The notes beneath the pieces are model-generated. The model had not been told where the DNA came from. It made no database searches and was given only the letters and a program-made list of their open reading frames with translations. A DNA stretch of 32,000 bases, taken from contig NZ_CM001976.1 of assembly GCF_000406145.1 (NCBI RefSeq), positions 3,569,263 through 3,601,262 on the forward strand. The letters run 5' to 3'. Within the stretch, counting starts at the first letter, position 1. Each line of letters starts with the position of its first letter. A program made the position numbers and the translations under genes. Of the stretch, positions 11,113 to 20,309 are shown in pieces. Source of the DNA: Dickeya dadantii NCPPB 898 (lineage in GTDB: Bacteria; Pseudomonadota; Gammaproteobacteria; Enterobacterales; Enterobacteriaceae).

Positions 11113-12020
11113 GTTATCCGCTCCATCGCCGTGTCCAGCAACCGGCAGAAACGCATCGCCGACAGGGTCGCGCCATACAGCCAGACGGTTTCGGAACGCT
11201 GCCAGCGCCGGTCACGAACAAACGGCAACGACTGCCAGACAGGATTAGCGCTGACCCGCGACATCAACCCCTCGTTACCGTGCTCGAAACAAATGGCATT
11301 GGCATGGCCGACGGACGCCAGTTGTTCCATGCCAACCACCGTACTGCCCCAGAAGTTGGTACTGCCCTGCCAGGCATTTTCGATGCCAAGCTGATCCAGC
11401 ACGTCCTGAAACAGGCTGTTTTTTCCCACCACCAGCACATGACGCTCATCCAGCACCGAAAACAGCAACAGCGGACGCCGGGTATAGGGCCGCAATCTGA
11501 CGCGGGCTTCCGCCATAAACTGATCGAATGCCGCCAGATGGCGTTCAGCGGCGGCGTTCATCTCCAGGCGTTCCGCCAGCGTCGCCAGCGACTGTCTGGC
11601 GACCTGCAACGGCTTGCCGCTGCCGTCGCTAAACGCGAAGCCCAGCGACGGCGCGATGCGTTCCAGCTGTTCCGCCGCCGGGCCATAGCCCGTCGAATAA
11701 AGCAACAGCGAGGGATTGAGCCGCGCCAGCAGTTCGAGGTTGGGTTCGGTGCGCAGGCCGACGTCCACCACGCTGGTCGGCAACGCCGGCGCTTGCACCC
11801 ACAATCGGTAGTTGTGGATATCCGCCACGCCCATTGGCGTGACGCCCAGCGCCATCAATAACTCTACCGGCAGCCATTCCAGCGCCACGACGCGCTGGCT
11901 ATCCACCGCGGCCGCGCGGGTAGCAAAAGGAGAAAACCACGGGGCAACCAGCATCGCCGCCAGCAGGCGGCGCCGGAGCGCATCCGGCTCGTTTGGGTTA
12001 CCCATCATCTTGTTCAGCAT
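11109..12020 (-). CDS. fhuD: Ferric hydroxamate periplasmic binding protein FhuD
   Basis: RVVALEWLPVELLMALGVTPMGVADIHNYRLWV...VGLRTEPNLELL...NFWGSTVVGMEQL matches E. coli FhuD. The N-terminus carries an RRRLL twin-arginine-like signal. The start is uncertain: ATG at 12020, 12008 or 12005, or GTG at 12038 as in the track. Confidence 0.9.
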   Translation of the reverse strand: MLNKMMGNPNEPDALRRRLLAAMLVAPWFSPFATRAAAVDSQRVVALEWLPVELLMALGVTPMGVADIHNYRLWVQAPALPTSVVDVGLRTEPNLELLARLNPSLLLYSTGYGPAAEQLERIAPSLGFAFSDGSGKPLQVARQSLATLAERLEMNAAAERHLAAFDQFMAEARVRLRPYTRRPLLLFSVLDERHVLVVGKNSLFQDVLDQLGIENAWQGSTNFWGSTVVGMEQLASVGHANAICFEHGNEGLMSRVSANPVWQSLPFVRDRRWQRSETVWLYGATLSAMRFCRLLDTAMERIT

Positions 12021-12031
12021 ACGGCACTCAT

Positions 12032-12832
12032 TCAACACACAAAACTGACCGGCGTCCCTTCGACCGGATGAGGCAGCACCCCCATAGGGATACCGTAAAT
12101 AGCCTGCAGTACCTCCGCCTGCATCAGCGCCTGCGGCGTTCCCTGCGCGACGATCCGCCCCTGACGCAGCGCCACCAACGCGTCGCAGTAACGCGCCGCC
12201 ATGTTGATGTCGTGCAGCACGGCAATCACCGTGAGACCGCGCTGCTGGCTCATGCGGCGGATCAGCGACAGCACCTCCACCTGATGAGCGATATCCAGCG
12301 CCGACGTCGGTTCGTCCAGCAACAAACAGCGGCTGTCCTGCGCCACGGTCATCGCCAGCCAGGCGCGTTGCCGCTCGCCACCGGACAGGCTGTCCACCAG
12401 CCGGTGGGCAAAGGCCGACAGCCCCACCAGTTCAATGGCGTCATCCACTTTTTGCTGGTCGTCCGGTCCAAAACGCCCCAGCGCGCCGTGCCACGGGTAG
12501 CGGCCGACCGCCACCAGTTCGCGTACCGTCATGCCGTCGGCGGCGGGCAATTGCTGCGGCAGGTAGGCGACTTGGCGGGCGAACGCCTTGCCGCCCCACG
12601 CCGACAGCGGTTTTTCCGCCAGTAGCGCCGAGCCGCCGGAAGGCGCCTGATGGCGACCCAGCATTTTCAACAGGGTGGATTTGCCGGACCCGTTATGACC
12701 GAGCAAGCCGCAGACTTTTCCCGCCGGAAAAGTCAGTGTTAGCGGATGCAGCAGTACCCGATCAGCCACGGAAAAGCTGACCTCATTCAGCCGGAAGGTG
12801 ATCTCCGGCGGCATCATAGCGTTTTGCATCAT
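12032..12832 (-). CDS. fhuC: Ferric hydroxamate ABC transporter ATP-binding protein FhuC
   Basis: GHNGSGKSTLLKMLGRHQ (Walker A), LSGGERQRAWLA (signature), CLLLDEPTSALD (Walker B) and VLHDINMAARYC (H-loop) are colinear with E. coli FhuC. The start is at the ATGATG at 12832. The track's 103-codon upstream extension has no homology and runs into the mrcB terminator. Confidence 0.93.
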   Translation of the reverse strand: MMQNAMMPPEITFRLNEVSFSVADRVLLHPLTLTFPAGKVCGLLGHNGSGKSTLLKMLGRHQAPSGGSALLAEKPLSAWGGKAFARQVAYLPQQLPAADGMTVRELVAVGRYPWHGALGRFGPDDQQKVDDAIELVGLSAFAHRLVDSLSGGERQRAWLAMTVAQDSRCLLLDEPTSALDIAHQVEVLSLIRRMSQQRGLTVIAVLHDINMAARYCDALVALRQGRIVAQGTPQALMQAEVLQAIYGIPMGVLPHPVEGTPVSFVC

Positions 12833-12895
12833 GAGTTCGTGCGTTGAAGGTATTCGGTTCGCCCGCCAGTTATCACGGTGGGCGAATATGAAAAC

Positions 12896-12914
12896 GATAA
12901 TGATTCTTATAAAG
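12896..12914 (-). promoter_or_regulatory. Putative Fur box in the fhuC promoter region
   Basis: The top strand reads GATAATGATTCTTATAAAG. The bottom strand ends ...GAATCATTATC, matching about 14 of 19 positions of the GATAATGATAATCATTATC consensus, including a perfect AATCATTATC half. It lies about 65-80 nt upstream of the fhuC ATG and overlaps AT-rich -10-like hexamers. Confidence 0.5.
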
Positions 12915-13001
12915 ATTGAATGATAGGCGTAAGCCGAGGCTATCCGCAACCAATTTAGCCGCCAGCGGATGAAATACGGGCGCAGAAAAAATAGCGCGGG
13001 G

Positions 13002-13030
13002 GAAAAAGCACGCCCGGCGAACCGGGCGTG
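13002..13030 (-). terminator. Rho-independent terminator of mrcB
   Basis: cacgcccgg (13009-13017), loop cgaa, ccgggcgtg (13022-13030). On the minus strand the hairpin is followed by CTTTTTCC. It lies about 30 nt after the mrcB stop. Confidence 0.8.
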
Positions 13031-13058
13031 AGTATGACATTGAAATGTCGGTAGGCGC

Positions 13059-15560
13059 TTACTGCCCGAACATCTGCTTGATCCAGTCGGGAACGCTGCC
13101 GCCTTCCTGCTGATTTTGTTGTGGCTGACCGTTCGGCGCATTGGCCGGCTGTTGCACCGCTTGCTGGCTGGCTTGACACAACGCCTGCGGGTTATCGGTC
13201 CACACCGGCAATGCCCGGCCGGCGCTGCCGTTACAGATAAAGTTGCCGCTGCTGTCCACCGACATGGTGGTAATGCCTTCCGGCGGCGTCAGCATCAGCG
13301 GCAACGGCGTCTGGTTTTCCAGATAGCGGCGATAGATGGTCAGCGCACCGTTGGCGCCGGTCAGTTTCGCCGGGCCATTGTTGTCGCGGCCAACCCAGGT
13401 GATCACCACTTCCTTGCCGTCGACGCCGGCAAACCAGCTGTCGCGCAGGTCGTTGGTGGTACCGGTTTTCCCCGCCAGGTGGTAATTGCCGAATTTCACC
13501 ATCAGCGAGCGCGAGGTGCCGCGCTCCACCACCTGTTGCATACCGTACAGCGTCAGATAGGCGGCCTGTGACGGCACGGCCCGTTCGGCCTGCGGGAAGC
13601 TCTGATACAGCACCTTACCGTCTTCGGCGATCACCGAACGCAGCGCAGACAGCGACGCGCGATTACCGCCGCTGGCGATAGTCTGGTATTCCTGCGCCAC
13701 TTCCATCGGCGTCAGGCTGATGGCACCGAGCAGCATCGCCGGCACCGCCTGAATCTGGTTCTGCGGGATCCCCAGCTTCTGCAACGTATCGCTGACCTGA
13801 TCCAGCCCCACCGCCATCCCCAGATTAACCGTCGGCACGTTGAGCGAATTCGCCAACGCGTCCACCAGCATCACCCGGCCACGGAACTCACGATCGTAGT
13901 TTTTCGGCTCCCAAACGGTACCGTTCGGCTGTTTGAGCGAAATCGGCTCATCCGCCAGAATGGTATTGAGGCGGTAGCGATCCGGCATGCTGAGCGCCGT
14001 CAGATACGTCGGCGGTTTCGCCAGCGAACCGACCGAACGGCGCGCCTGCATGGCGCGGTTGAAACCGGCGAACTGCGCGTCGGAACCGCCCACCATCGCC
14101 CGAATCTCGCCGCTAAAGCGATCGGCAATCACCATCGCCGATTCCAGATCCTTGACACCGCGCGCCGCGCGCAGCGCCGGAATACCGTCTTCCACCGCTT
14201 TTTCCGCCGCATCCTGCGATACCGGATCCAACGTGGTGAAGATTTTTACCCCGGACAGATCGTTGGCCTTGTCGCCCAGCCGCTGCTGCAACTCCTGGCG
14301 CACCATCTGCATGAAGGCCGGCTGCGGGCTGATCACCCCGCCTTTCGGCTGAACCCCCAGCGGGCGGGCGCTCAGCATGTTGTAAAGGTCTTCGTCGATG
14401 ACCTGCTGGTTCTGCAGCAGTTTCAACACCAGGTTACGGCGTTCCAGCGTCACCTGCGGGTTGCGCCACGGGTTATAGAGCGACGCCCCTTTCACCATCC
14501 CCACCAGCATCGCCTGCTGGTCGAGGCTCAATTCGTTGACCGGCCGACCGAAATAGTAAAGGCTGGCGAGCGGAAAACCGCGGATCTGATCGTTGCCGCT
14601 CTGGCCGAGGTACACCTCGTTCAGATACAGCTCCAAAATGCGATCCTTGCTGTAGCGGTAATCCATGATCAACGCCATGTAGGCTTCGTTGGCTTTACGC
14701 CACAGCGAGCGCTCGTTGGTCAGGAACAGGTTTTTCACCAGCTGCTGGGTCAGCGTACTGCCGCCCTGCACCGCCCGGCCCGCCGTCAGGTTGGCCAGCA
14801 TCGCGCGACCGATGGAGTAGAAACTGATGCCGTCATGCTCGTAGAAATGACGGTCTTCGGTGGCGATCAGCGTTTGCACCAGCAGGTCGGGGAAACCGGA
14901 ACGCTGCACAAACAGCCGCTGCTCGCCGTTCGGCGACTGCAACATGGTGATCAGTTTCGGATCGAGCCGAAAGAAACCGAAATTGCGCTGATTGTCCATG
15001 TTCTGGATCTGCGACAACCGGTCGTTGCTGAAGATCATTTTGGCGTGGATTTGGCCTTCTTTGCCGTCCGGAAAGTCGAAAGGACGACGCAGAATTTCAA
15101 TGCCGTTAGCCTGTACCGTGAATTCGCCCGGCCGGGTAATACGGCTGACTTCGCGGTATTGCATGCCTTCCAGCAGATTGGTCATCTCTTTCTTGCTGTA
15201 GGCCATGCCCGGCTCAAGGTTGACCATACGGCCATACACCGCCGCCGGCAGTTGCCACACTTTGCCGTCGATACGACTGCGAATTTCTCCGTCGAGGTAA
15301 ACGCCATAAATCGACATCACCACCACAAAAATCAGGAATAGCCGGATCAGCAACCCCAGCCAGCGGCGTTTCTTCCGCGGCCGCTTGCTCATGACTTCTT
15401 CCTCGTCGTCCTCATCGTCGTCATAGTCTTCTTCGTACTCTTCTTCATAATCGTCGTCGTAGTCATCATCCCTGCGGCGACGCGTCGCTTGCTTGCGAGG
15501 GGGAGTGTGTCGTGACGCACTACGTTTGCGCCCGATAGGTTCGCGGTCATCCCGAGACAT
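13059..15560 (-). CDS. mrcB: Penicillin-binding protein 1B (bifunctional glycosyltransferase/transpeptidase)
   Basis: An 833-aa ORF colinear with E. coli PBP1b. It has an acidic N-terminal tract, a TM helix, [21 protein letters not shown] (UB2H region), the glycosyltransferase motifs [12 protein letters not shown] and [12 protein letters not shown], and the transpeptidase motifs SLAKP and KTGTT. Confidence 0.97.
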   Translation of the reverse strand: MSRDDREPIGRKRSASRHTPPRKQATRRRRDDDYDDDYEEEYEEDYDDDEDDEEEVMSKRPRKKRRWLGLLIRLFLIFVVVMSIYGVYLDGEIRSRIDGKVWQLPAAVYGRMVNLEPGMAYSKKEMTNLLEGMQYREVSRITRPGEFTVQANGIEILRRPFDFPDGKEGQIHAKMIFSNDRLSQIQNMDNQRNFGFFRLDPKLITMLQSPNGEQRLFVQRSGFPDLLVQTLIATEDRHFYEHDGISFYSIGRAMLANLTAGRAVQGGSTLTQQLVKNLFLTNERSLWRKANEAYMALIMDYRYSKDRILELYLNEVYLGQSGNDQIRGFPLASLYYFGRPVNELSLDQQAMLVGMVKGASLYNPWRNPQVTLERRNLVLKLLQNQQVIDEDLYNMLSARPLGVQPKGGVISPQPAFMQMVRQELQQRLGDKANDLSGVKIFTTLDPVSQDAAEKAVEDGIPALRAARGVKDLESAMVIADRFSGEIRAMVGGSDAQFAGFNRAMQARRSVGSLAKPPTYLTALSMPDRYRLNTILADEPISLKQPNGTVWEPKNYDREFRGRVMLVDALANSLNVPTVNLGMAVGLDQVSDTLQKLGIPQNQIQAVPAMLLGAISLTPMEVAQEYQTIASGGNRASLSALRSVIAEDGKVLYQSFPQAERAVPSQAAYLTLYGMQQVVERGTSRSLMVKFGNYHLAGKTGTTNDLRDSWFAGVDGKEVVITWVGRDNNGPAKLTGANGALTIYRRYLENQTPLPLMLTPPEGITTMSVDSSGNFICNGSAGRALPVWTDNPQALCQASQQAVQQPANAPNGQPQQNQQEGGSVPDWIKQMFGQ

Positions 15561-15664
15561 TACAGTGACATCTCCATCAGGTTACTGACGGCCGTCGGAT
15601 TACCCACCGTGGCCGTCTACTCTGTGTCTCCCACGCTGCACAAGGAAGGGGGAAACATCTGAAA

Positions 15665-18154
15665 TTAGGTATTCTGGTATTTTCTGGTGCGCCGGGTCGG
15701 CGCCGTATTCGCCGGATCATCCGGCCAGACGTGCTTGGGATAGCGACCTTTCATTTCTTTCTGCACTTCCCGGTAGGCGCCGTTCCAGAACGCCGCCAGA
15801 TCGCGGGTGATCTGCAACGGTCGCATCGCCGGAGAGAGCAGTTCCAGCACCAGCGCCACTCGTCCTTCCGCCAGCAGCGGGCTGCTGTGTTCGCCGAACA
15901 TCTCCTGCAGCCGCACCGCCAGCACCGGCGGCTGATCGGCATCATACCGGATCGGCAAGCGGCTGCCGCCGGGCACAGTGTAATGGCTGGGCAGCGCGCT
16001 ATCCAGTCGCTGGCGTTGCGACCAGTCGAGCAAACGCCACAGCGCGTCGCTCAGGTTGATCTGATTGAGCGTACGGCGATCCCGCACACCGTTCAGCGAC
16101 GGCAGCAGCCATAGCTCCAGCGACGCCAGCAGGGCATCGTCATCCACCGCCGGCCACGCGACCTCCGGCAACCACTGCCGGGCGCACAGCAACCGCTGGC
16201 GCAGTTGCAACGCCGGTTCGTCCCAGTTCAACACCGACAGCCCTTGCTCACGCAACCAGTTAAGCATCGCCTGCTGCAACACCTCGTCCGACGGCTTGGC
16301 TAATGGCCGGGACGATAACGTCAGGCTGCCGATCTGCGTTCGCAGGCTGGCGCGCAGGGTACCTTTTTCTTCGTCCCAGTGCATCAGATTCTGTTCTGTC
16401 ACCAGTTCCGGCCGCTGCCGCGCCAGTTGATCGATATCCACCGGCAGCGCCAGTAAAATACGGGCGTCGGCGCTGTTCGGGCTTTGCATCAGAACCGGGG
16501 CCAGCAACCATTCCGATGCCGCCAGCGCGTCTTCCGGCGGCAGACTGGCTCCGGAGCCGTTCGCCAGTTGATAGCGCCCATCCTGACCGCGCCGCCGGGC
16601 GATACGATCCGCGAATCCCGCCGACAACAACCATGCAGCCAGGCTTTCATTTACCTTGCCCGCATTCACTTTACCTGCATCCACCTTGCCTGACGTCTTG
16701 CCGACACGGCGCGCCAACTGTTGCGCCCGGCGCTGCCAGTGATTGGCGGGACGATGCAGCGCGTCGGACAGATTCGGCGACCCGGCGCGCGGCGGTTCTT
16801 CGATGATCGCCGCCAGCAACGCCGCCGTCGCCAGCGCATCCGGATCCTGCCCGGCGGCATGCAGCATCGCCGCCAGCCGCGGATCGCTGCCCAGCTCTGC
16901 CATCTTACGCCCGTCCGCCGTCAGCCGTTGCTGCGCATCGCACGTACCCAGTTGCGTCAGCAGGCGGTCCGCCGCCAGCAACGCGGGCTGCGGCGGGGTA
17001 TCCAGCCAACAGAGCTGCGCAACGTCGCCGCAGCCCCATTGCAACAGATCCAGCCGCAGCCCAGACAGATCGCTGTGCAGGATTTCCGGCTCGCTTTGCG
17101 CCACGGCGCGTTCCGCCTGCTCACGGGCGAACAGATGCCAGCACAAGCCCGGCTCCAGACGCCCGGCGCGTCCGGCGCGCTGCACCATCGATGCCTGGCT
17201 GATACGCTGCGTCGCCAGGCGAGTCAGCCCGGTTTTGACATCAAACAGCGCCACCCGTTCCAGGCCGCCGTCCACCACCACTCGGATGCCTTCGATGGTC
17301 AGACTGGTTTCGGCGATGTTGGTCGCCAGCACCACTTTGCGCCGCCCGACGGCAGCCGGGAGAATCGCTTTCTGTTGCTCCGCCAGCGTCAGCGCGCCGT
17401 ACAGCGGGCAGATATCCACCGCCGTCGGCACCGCGTTTTCCAACAGCGTCTGCAAGCGTTTGATTTCCGCCACGCCCGGCAAAAATACCAGCAACGAGCC
17501 GGTTTCCTCCTGCAACAAGCGATAAATAAGCCGGGCCGCCGCCTCCTCCAGCCGCTCCTGCGAGCCAACCGTCTGGTAATGCCGGTCCACCGGCCAGGAG
17601 CGCCCTTGCGACGACACGCTGAGCGATTGCGGTAATAAAGAAGAGAGCCGGGAATTGTCCAGCGTGGCGGACATGATCAGCAACTTCAGGTCATCGCGCA
17701 GCCCTTGCTGGACATCCAGCAGCAGCGCCAGTGCCAGATCGGCCTGCAGACTGCGCTCGTGAAACTCGTCCAGTATCACCAGCGAGACGCCGTCCAGCGC
17801 CGGATCGTGTTGCAGCATCCGGGTCAAAATGCCTTCCGTCACCACTTCCAGCCGGGTCTGGCTGCTGACCCGGCTTTCCGAACGCATGCGGTAACCGACG
17901 GTCTGCCCCGGCGTTTCCCCCAGCCACTCCGCCAGCCGGAAAGCCACGCTTTTGGCCGCCAGCCGACGCGGCTCCAGCATAATAATGCGGCCGGAAAAGC
18001 CGCTCCGCTGCAACAGTTGCAACGGCAACCAGGTGGACTTTCCGGCACCGGTCGGGGCATGCAGCAACACCTGCGGCGCGGTATGCAACGCCTGGATGAC
18101 GTCATCCAGTACGGCGCTGACGGGGGGTAGACTCACACAACTCTCCGTAATCAT
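15665..18154 (-). CDS. hrpB: ATP-dependent RNA helicase HrpB (DEAH-box)
   Basis: APTGAGKSTWLPLQLL (motif I), ILDEFHERS (DEFH, motif II), SATL, TNIAETSLTIEGI and QRAGRAGR (motif VI), plus the HrpB-specific C-terminal YPKHVWPDDPANTAPTRRTRK. The start is probably the ATG at 18154 (MITESC...). The track uses an upstream GTG at 18172. Confidence 0.93.
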   Translation of the reverse strand: MITESCVSLPPVSAVLDDVIQALHTAPQVLLHAPTGAGKSTWLPLQLLQRSGFSGRIIMLEPRRLAAKSVAFRLAEWLGETPGQTVGYRMRSESRVSSQTRLEVVTEGILTRMLQHDPALDGVSLVILDEFHERSLQADLALALLLDVQQGLRDDLKLLIMSATLDNSRLSSLLPQSLSVSSQGRSWPVDRHYQTVGSQERLEEAAARLIYRLLQEETGSLLVFLPGVAEIKRLQTLLENAVPTAVDICPLYGALTLAEQQKAILPAAVGRRKVVLATNIAETSLTIEGIRVVVDGGLERVALFDVKTGLTRLATQRISQASMVQRAGRAGRLEPGLCWHLFAREQAERAVAQSEPEILHSDLSGLRLDLLQWGCGDVAQLCWLDTPPQPALLAADRLLTQLGTCDAQQRLTADGRKMAELGSDPRLAAMLHAAGQDPDALATAALLAAIIEEPPRAGSPNLSDALHRPANHWQRRAQQLARRVGKTSGKVDAGKVNAGKVNESLAAWLLSAGFADRIARRRGQDGRYQLANGSGASLPPEDALAASEWLLAPVLMQSPNSADARILLALPVDIDQLARQRPELVTEQNLMHWDEEKGTLRASLRTQIGSLTLSSRPLAKPSDEVLQQAMLNWLREQGLSVLNWDEPALQLRQRLLCARQWLPEVAWPAVDDDALLASLELWLLPSLNGVRDRRTLNQINLSDALWRLLDWSQRQRLDSALPSHYTVPGGSRLPIRYDADQPPVLAVRLQEMFGEHSSPLLAEGRVALVLELLSPAMRPLQITRDLAAFWNGAYREVQKEMKGRYPKHVWPDDPANTAPTRRTRKYQNT

Positions 18155-18324
18155 GGCTGTATCCGGCGGCACAACCCTGGCCGGACGCTATATAAAGGCA
18201 GTATCTCAGTGAATAAAAAACGGCGCGTCGGCCGGCGTCTGCACATGGCAAATGGCGGAACGCAACCTTAACTTTCTCCGGCGGGCATTGTAGCATCGGA
18301 ACCCCGCAGAACGGAGAGATTGCC

Positions 18325-18858
18325 ATGACCCCGACCCGTCGCCTGTTTTTTGCCCTGTCGTTGCCAGACGCTATCGGTCAGCAGATCGTACACTGGCGCG
18401 CCGCGCAATTCGCTCCCGAAGCCGGTCGCCCGGTAGCGGCAGCCAATCTGCACCTGACACTGGCCTTCCTCGGCGAGGTCAGCGACGCCAAAATGCAAGT
18501 TTTGCAGACGCTGGCCGGGCGTATCCGTCAGCCGGCGTTTACCCTTAACCTCAACGACGCCGGCCACTGGCCCCGCCCAGGCGTGGTGTGGCTCGGTTGC
18601 CGTCAGGCGCCGCGCGGATTGCTGCAACTGGCGGAGATGTTACGCTCGCAGGCGGCGCGCAACGGTTGCTATCAACCCCCTCAGCCGTTTTATCCGCACA
18701 TCACGCTGCTGCGCGGCGCCACCCGTCCGGTGCCGGTGCCGGCCGCCACATTCGGCTGGACGGTGCAGGTCGAGCAGTTTTTTCTGTACGAATCGCGCGC
18801 CGAAGCGGGTCGAACCCATTATCACCCCGTCGCCCACTGGCCGTTGCTGACTTCCTGA
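18325..18858 (+). CDS. thpR: RNA 2',3'-cyclic phosphodiesterase (2'-5' RNA ligase family, LigT)
   Basis: A 177-aa ORF with two H-x-T-x motifs (HLTLAFLG and HITLLR) typical of the 2H phosphoesterase family. A GGAGAG Shine-Dalgarno sequence lies 6 nt upstream. The divergent arrangement with hrpB matches E. coli. Confidence 0.9.
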   Translation: MTPTRRLFFALSLPDAIGQQIVHWRAAQFAPEAGRPVAAANLHLTLAFLGEVSDAKMQVLQTLAGRIRQPAFTLNLNDAGHWPRPGVVWLGCRQAPRGLLQLAEMLRSQAARNGCYQPPQPFYPHITLLRGATRPVPVPAATFGWTVQVEQFFLYESRAEAGRTHYHPVAHWPLLTS

Positions 18859-18870
18859 GAGACATCATTC

Positions 18871-19590
18871 ATGCAATTTTCCCCACGCCTGCAACCCGCT
18901 ACGCTGCTCAAACGTTACAAACGATTTCTGGCGGATGTGGTGACCCCAGACGGAAAAAACCTGACGCTACACTGCCCTAATACCGGCGCCATGACCGGCT
19001 GCGGCACGCCGGGCGATACCGTCTGGTACTCCACCTCGGATAACCCGAAACGCAAGTACCCTCATACCTGGGAACTGACGCAGACCGCGCAAGGGCACTG
19101 GATTGGCGTGAATACCCTGCGCGCTAATCAGTTGGTGCTTGAGGCGCTGCAAGCAGGCCGACTGGCCGATTTTACAGGTTACACCACTATCCGCGCCGAA
19201 GTGCGCTATGGTTCGGAAAACAGCAGGATAGACGTGTTATTGCAGGCGGAGGACCGGGCGGACTGCTATATTGAAGTTAAATCAGTCACATTATTGCAAC
19301 ACGGATGTGGTTACTTTCCCGATGCGGTCACGCTCAGAGGGCAAAAGCATCTGCGGGAACTGCAACAGGTGGCGGCGCAGGGTGGTCGTGCCGTATTGTG
19401 TTTCGCCGCGCTGCACTCCGGCATCGACCGGATTTCGCCGGCGCAACACATTGACCGACATTACGCCGAATTATTACAACTATCCCGGCAGCAGGGGGTT
19501 GAAATTCTGTGCTACGGTGCCCATATCACCCCGGATGGCATGACGCTGGGGGAGTTGTTACCGTTCAATAACGTGACGACAGCGAGCTAA
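18871..19590 (+). CDS. sfsA: Sugar fermentation stimulation protein A (SfsA)
   Basis: [23 protein letters not shown]...YIEVKSVTL...GQKHLRELQ matches E. coli SfsA in sequence, length and position. Confidence 0.9.
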   Translation: MQFSPRLQPATLLKRYKRFLADVVTPDGKNLTLHCPNTGAMTGCGTPGDTVWYSTSDNPKRKYPHTWELTQTAQGHWIGVNTLRANQLVLEALQAGRLADFTGYTTIRAEVRYGSENSRIDVLLQAEDRADCYIEVKSVTLLQHGCGYFPDAVTLRGQKHLRELQQVAAQGGRAVLCFAALHSGIDRISPAQHIDRHYAELLQLSRQQGVEILCYGAHITPDGMTLGELLPFNNVTTAS

Positions 19591-19760
19591 TTCTGCCACG
19601 CGTTATGTATTATCTGATGGGATTATGCCGTTTCTCACACTTTGTCAGGCCGGTGTCGGGAATCATTGCCAACCTAACCTCCATCTGTTATTTATAGCGG
19701 CCTGTTTTTCCCCCCTGGGGGAGTCGATACTGCGTGTCGTGTTTATGTAGGAGAAGCAAC

Positions 19761-20216
19761 ATGCAAGAAGGGCAAAACCGTAAGACATCCTCTCTGAGCA
19801 TTCTCGCGATTGCCGGAGTGGAGCCATACCAGGAGAAGCCGGGCGAAGAATACATGAACGACGCTCAGCTGGCTCATTTCAGGCGTATTCTTGAAGCATG
19901 GCGCAATCAACTCAGGGACGAAGTCGATCGAACCGTATCGCACATGCAGGATGAAGCCGCTAACTTCCCGGACCCGGTAGACCGTGCCGCGCAGGAAGAA
20001 GAGTTTAGCCTTGAACTGCGCAACCGCGATCGCGAACGTAAGCTGATCAAGAAGATTGCCAAAACACTGCAGAAAATCGAAGACGAGGACTTTGGCTATT
20101 GCGAGTCCTGCGGCGTGGAAATCGGTATCCGTCGTCTGGAAGCCCGTCCCACCGCCGATCTGTGCATCGACTGCAAAACGCTGGCCGAAATCCGCGAAAA
20201 GCAGATGGCCGGATGA
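19761..20216 (+). CDS. dksA: RNA polymerase-binding transcription factor DksA
   Basis: [33 protein letters not shown]... is 151 aa and nearly identical to E. coli DksA. It has the coiled-coil tip DPVDRA and the C4 zinc finger [33 protein letters not shown] Shine-Dalgarno sequence precedes the ATG at 19761. Confidence 0.97.
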   Translation: MQEGQNRKTSSLSILAIAGVEPYQEKPGEEYMNDAQLAHFRRILEAWRNQLRDEVDRTVSHMQDEAANFPDPVDRAAQEEEFSLELRNRDRERKLIKKIAKTLQKIEDEDFGYCESCGVEIGIRRLEARPTADLCIDCKTLAEIREKQMAG

Positions 20217-20222
20217 TATCCG

Positions 20223-20265
20223 CCCGGCGGGAAAGCCTACCGCCCTACCGCCGGGTTTTCGCTTC
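20223..20265 (+). terminator. Rho-independent terminator between dksA and gluQ
   Basis: cccggcgg (20223-20230), a 17-nt loop, ccgccggg (20248-20255), then TTTTCGCTTCTT. Confidence 0.7.
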
Positions 20266-20309
20266 TTATGACCAGCCAGTATCACTCTTAACCGGCATGA
20301 TGTCGCCGT

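Noticed and set aside
12833-13141. A 103-codon N-terminal extension of the fhuC ORF in the track (369 aa in total).
   Set aside because: The extension has no homology to FhuC, crosses the Fur-box/promoter region and the mrcB terminator, and overlaps the mrcB 3' end. The ATGATG at 12832 aligns with the E. coli FhuC start.
15395-15490. Repetitive GAT/GAA/TAC-rich DNA that looks like a short tandem repeat array.
   Set aside because: It is the coding sequence for the conserved acidic N-terminal tract of PBP1b (D/E/Y-rich). It is a low-complexity coding region, not a CRISPR array or a non-coding repeat.
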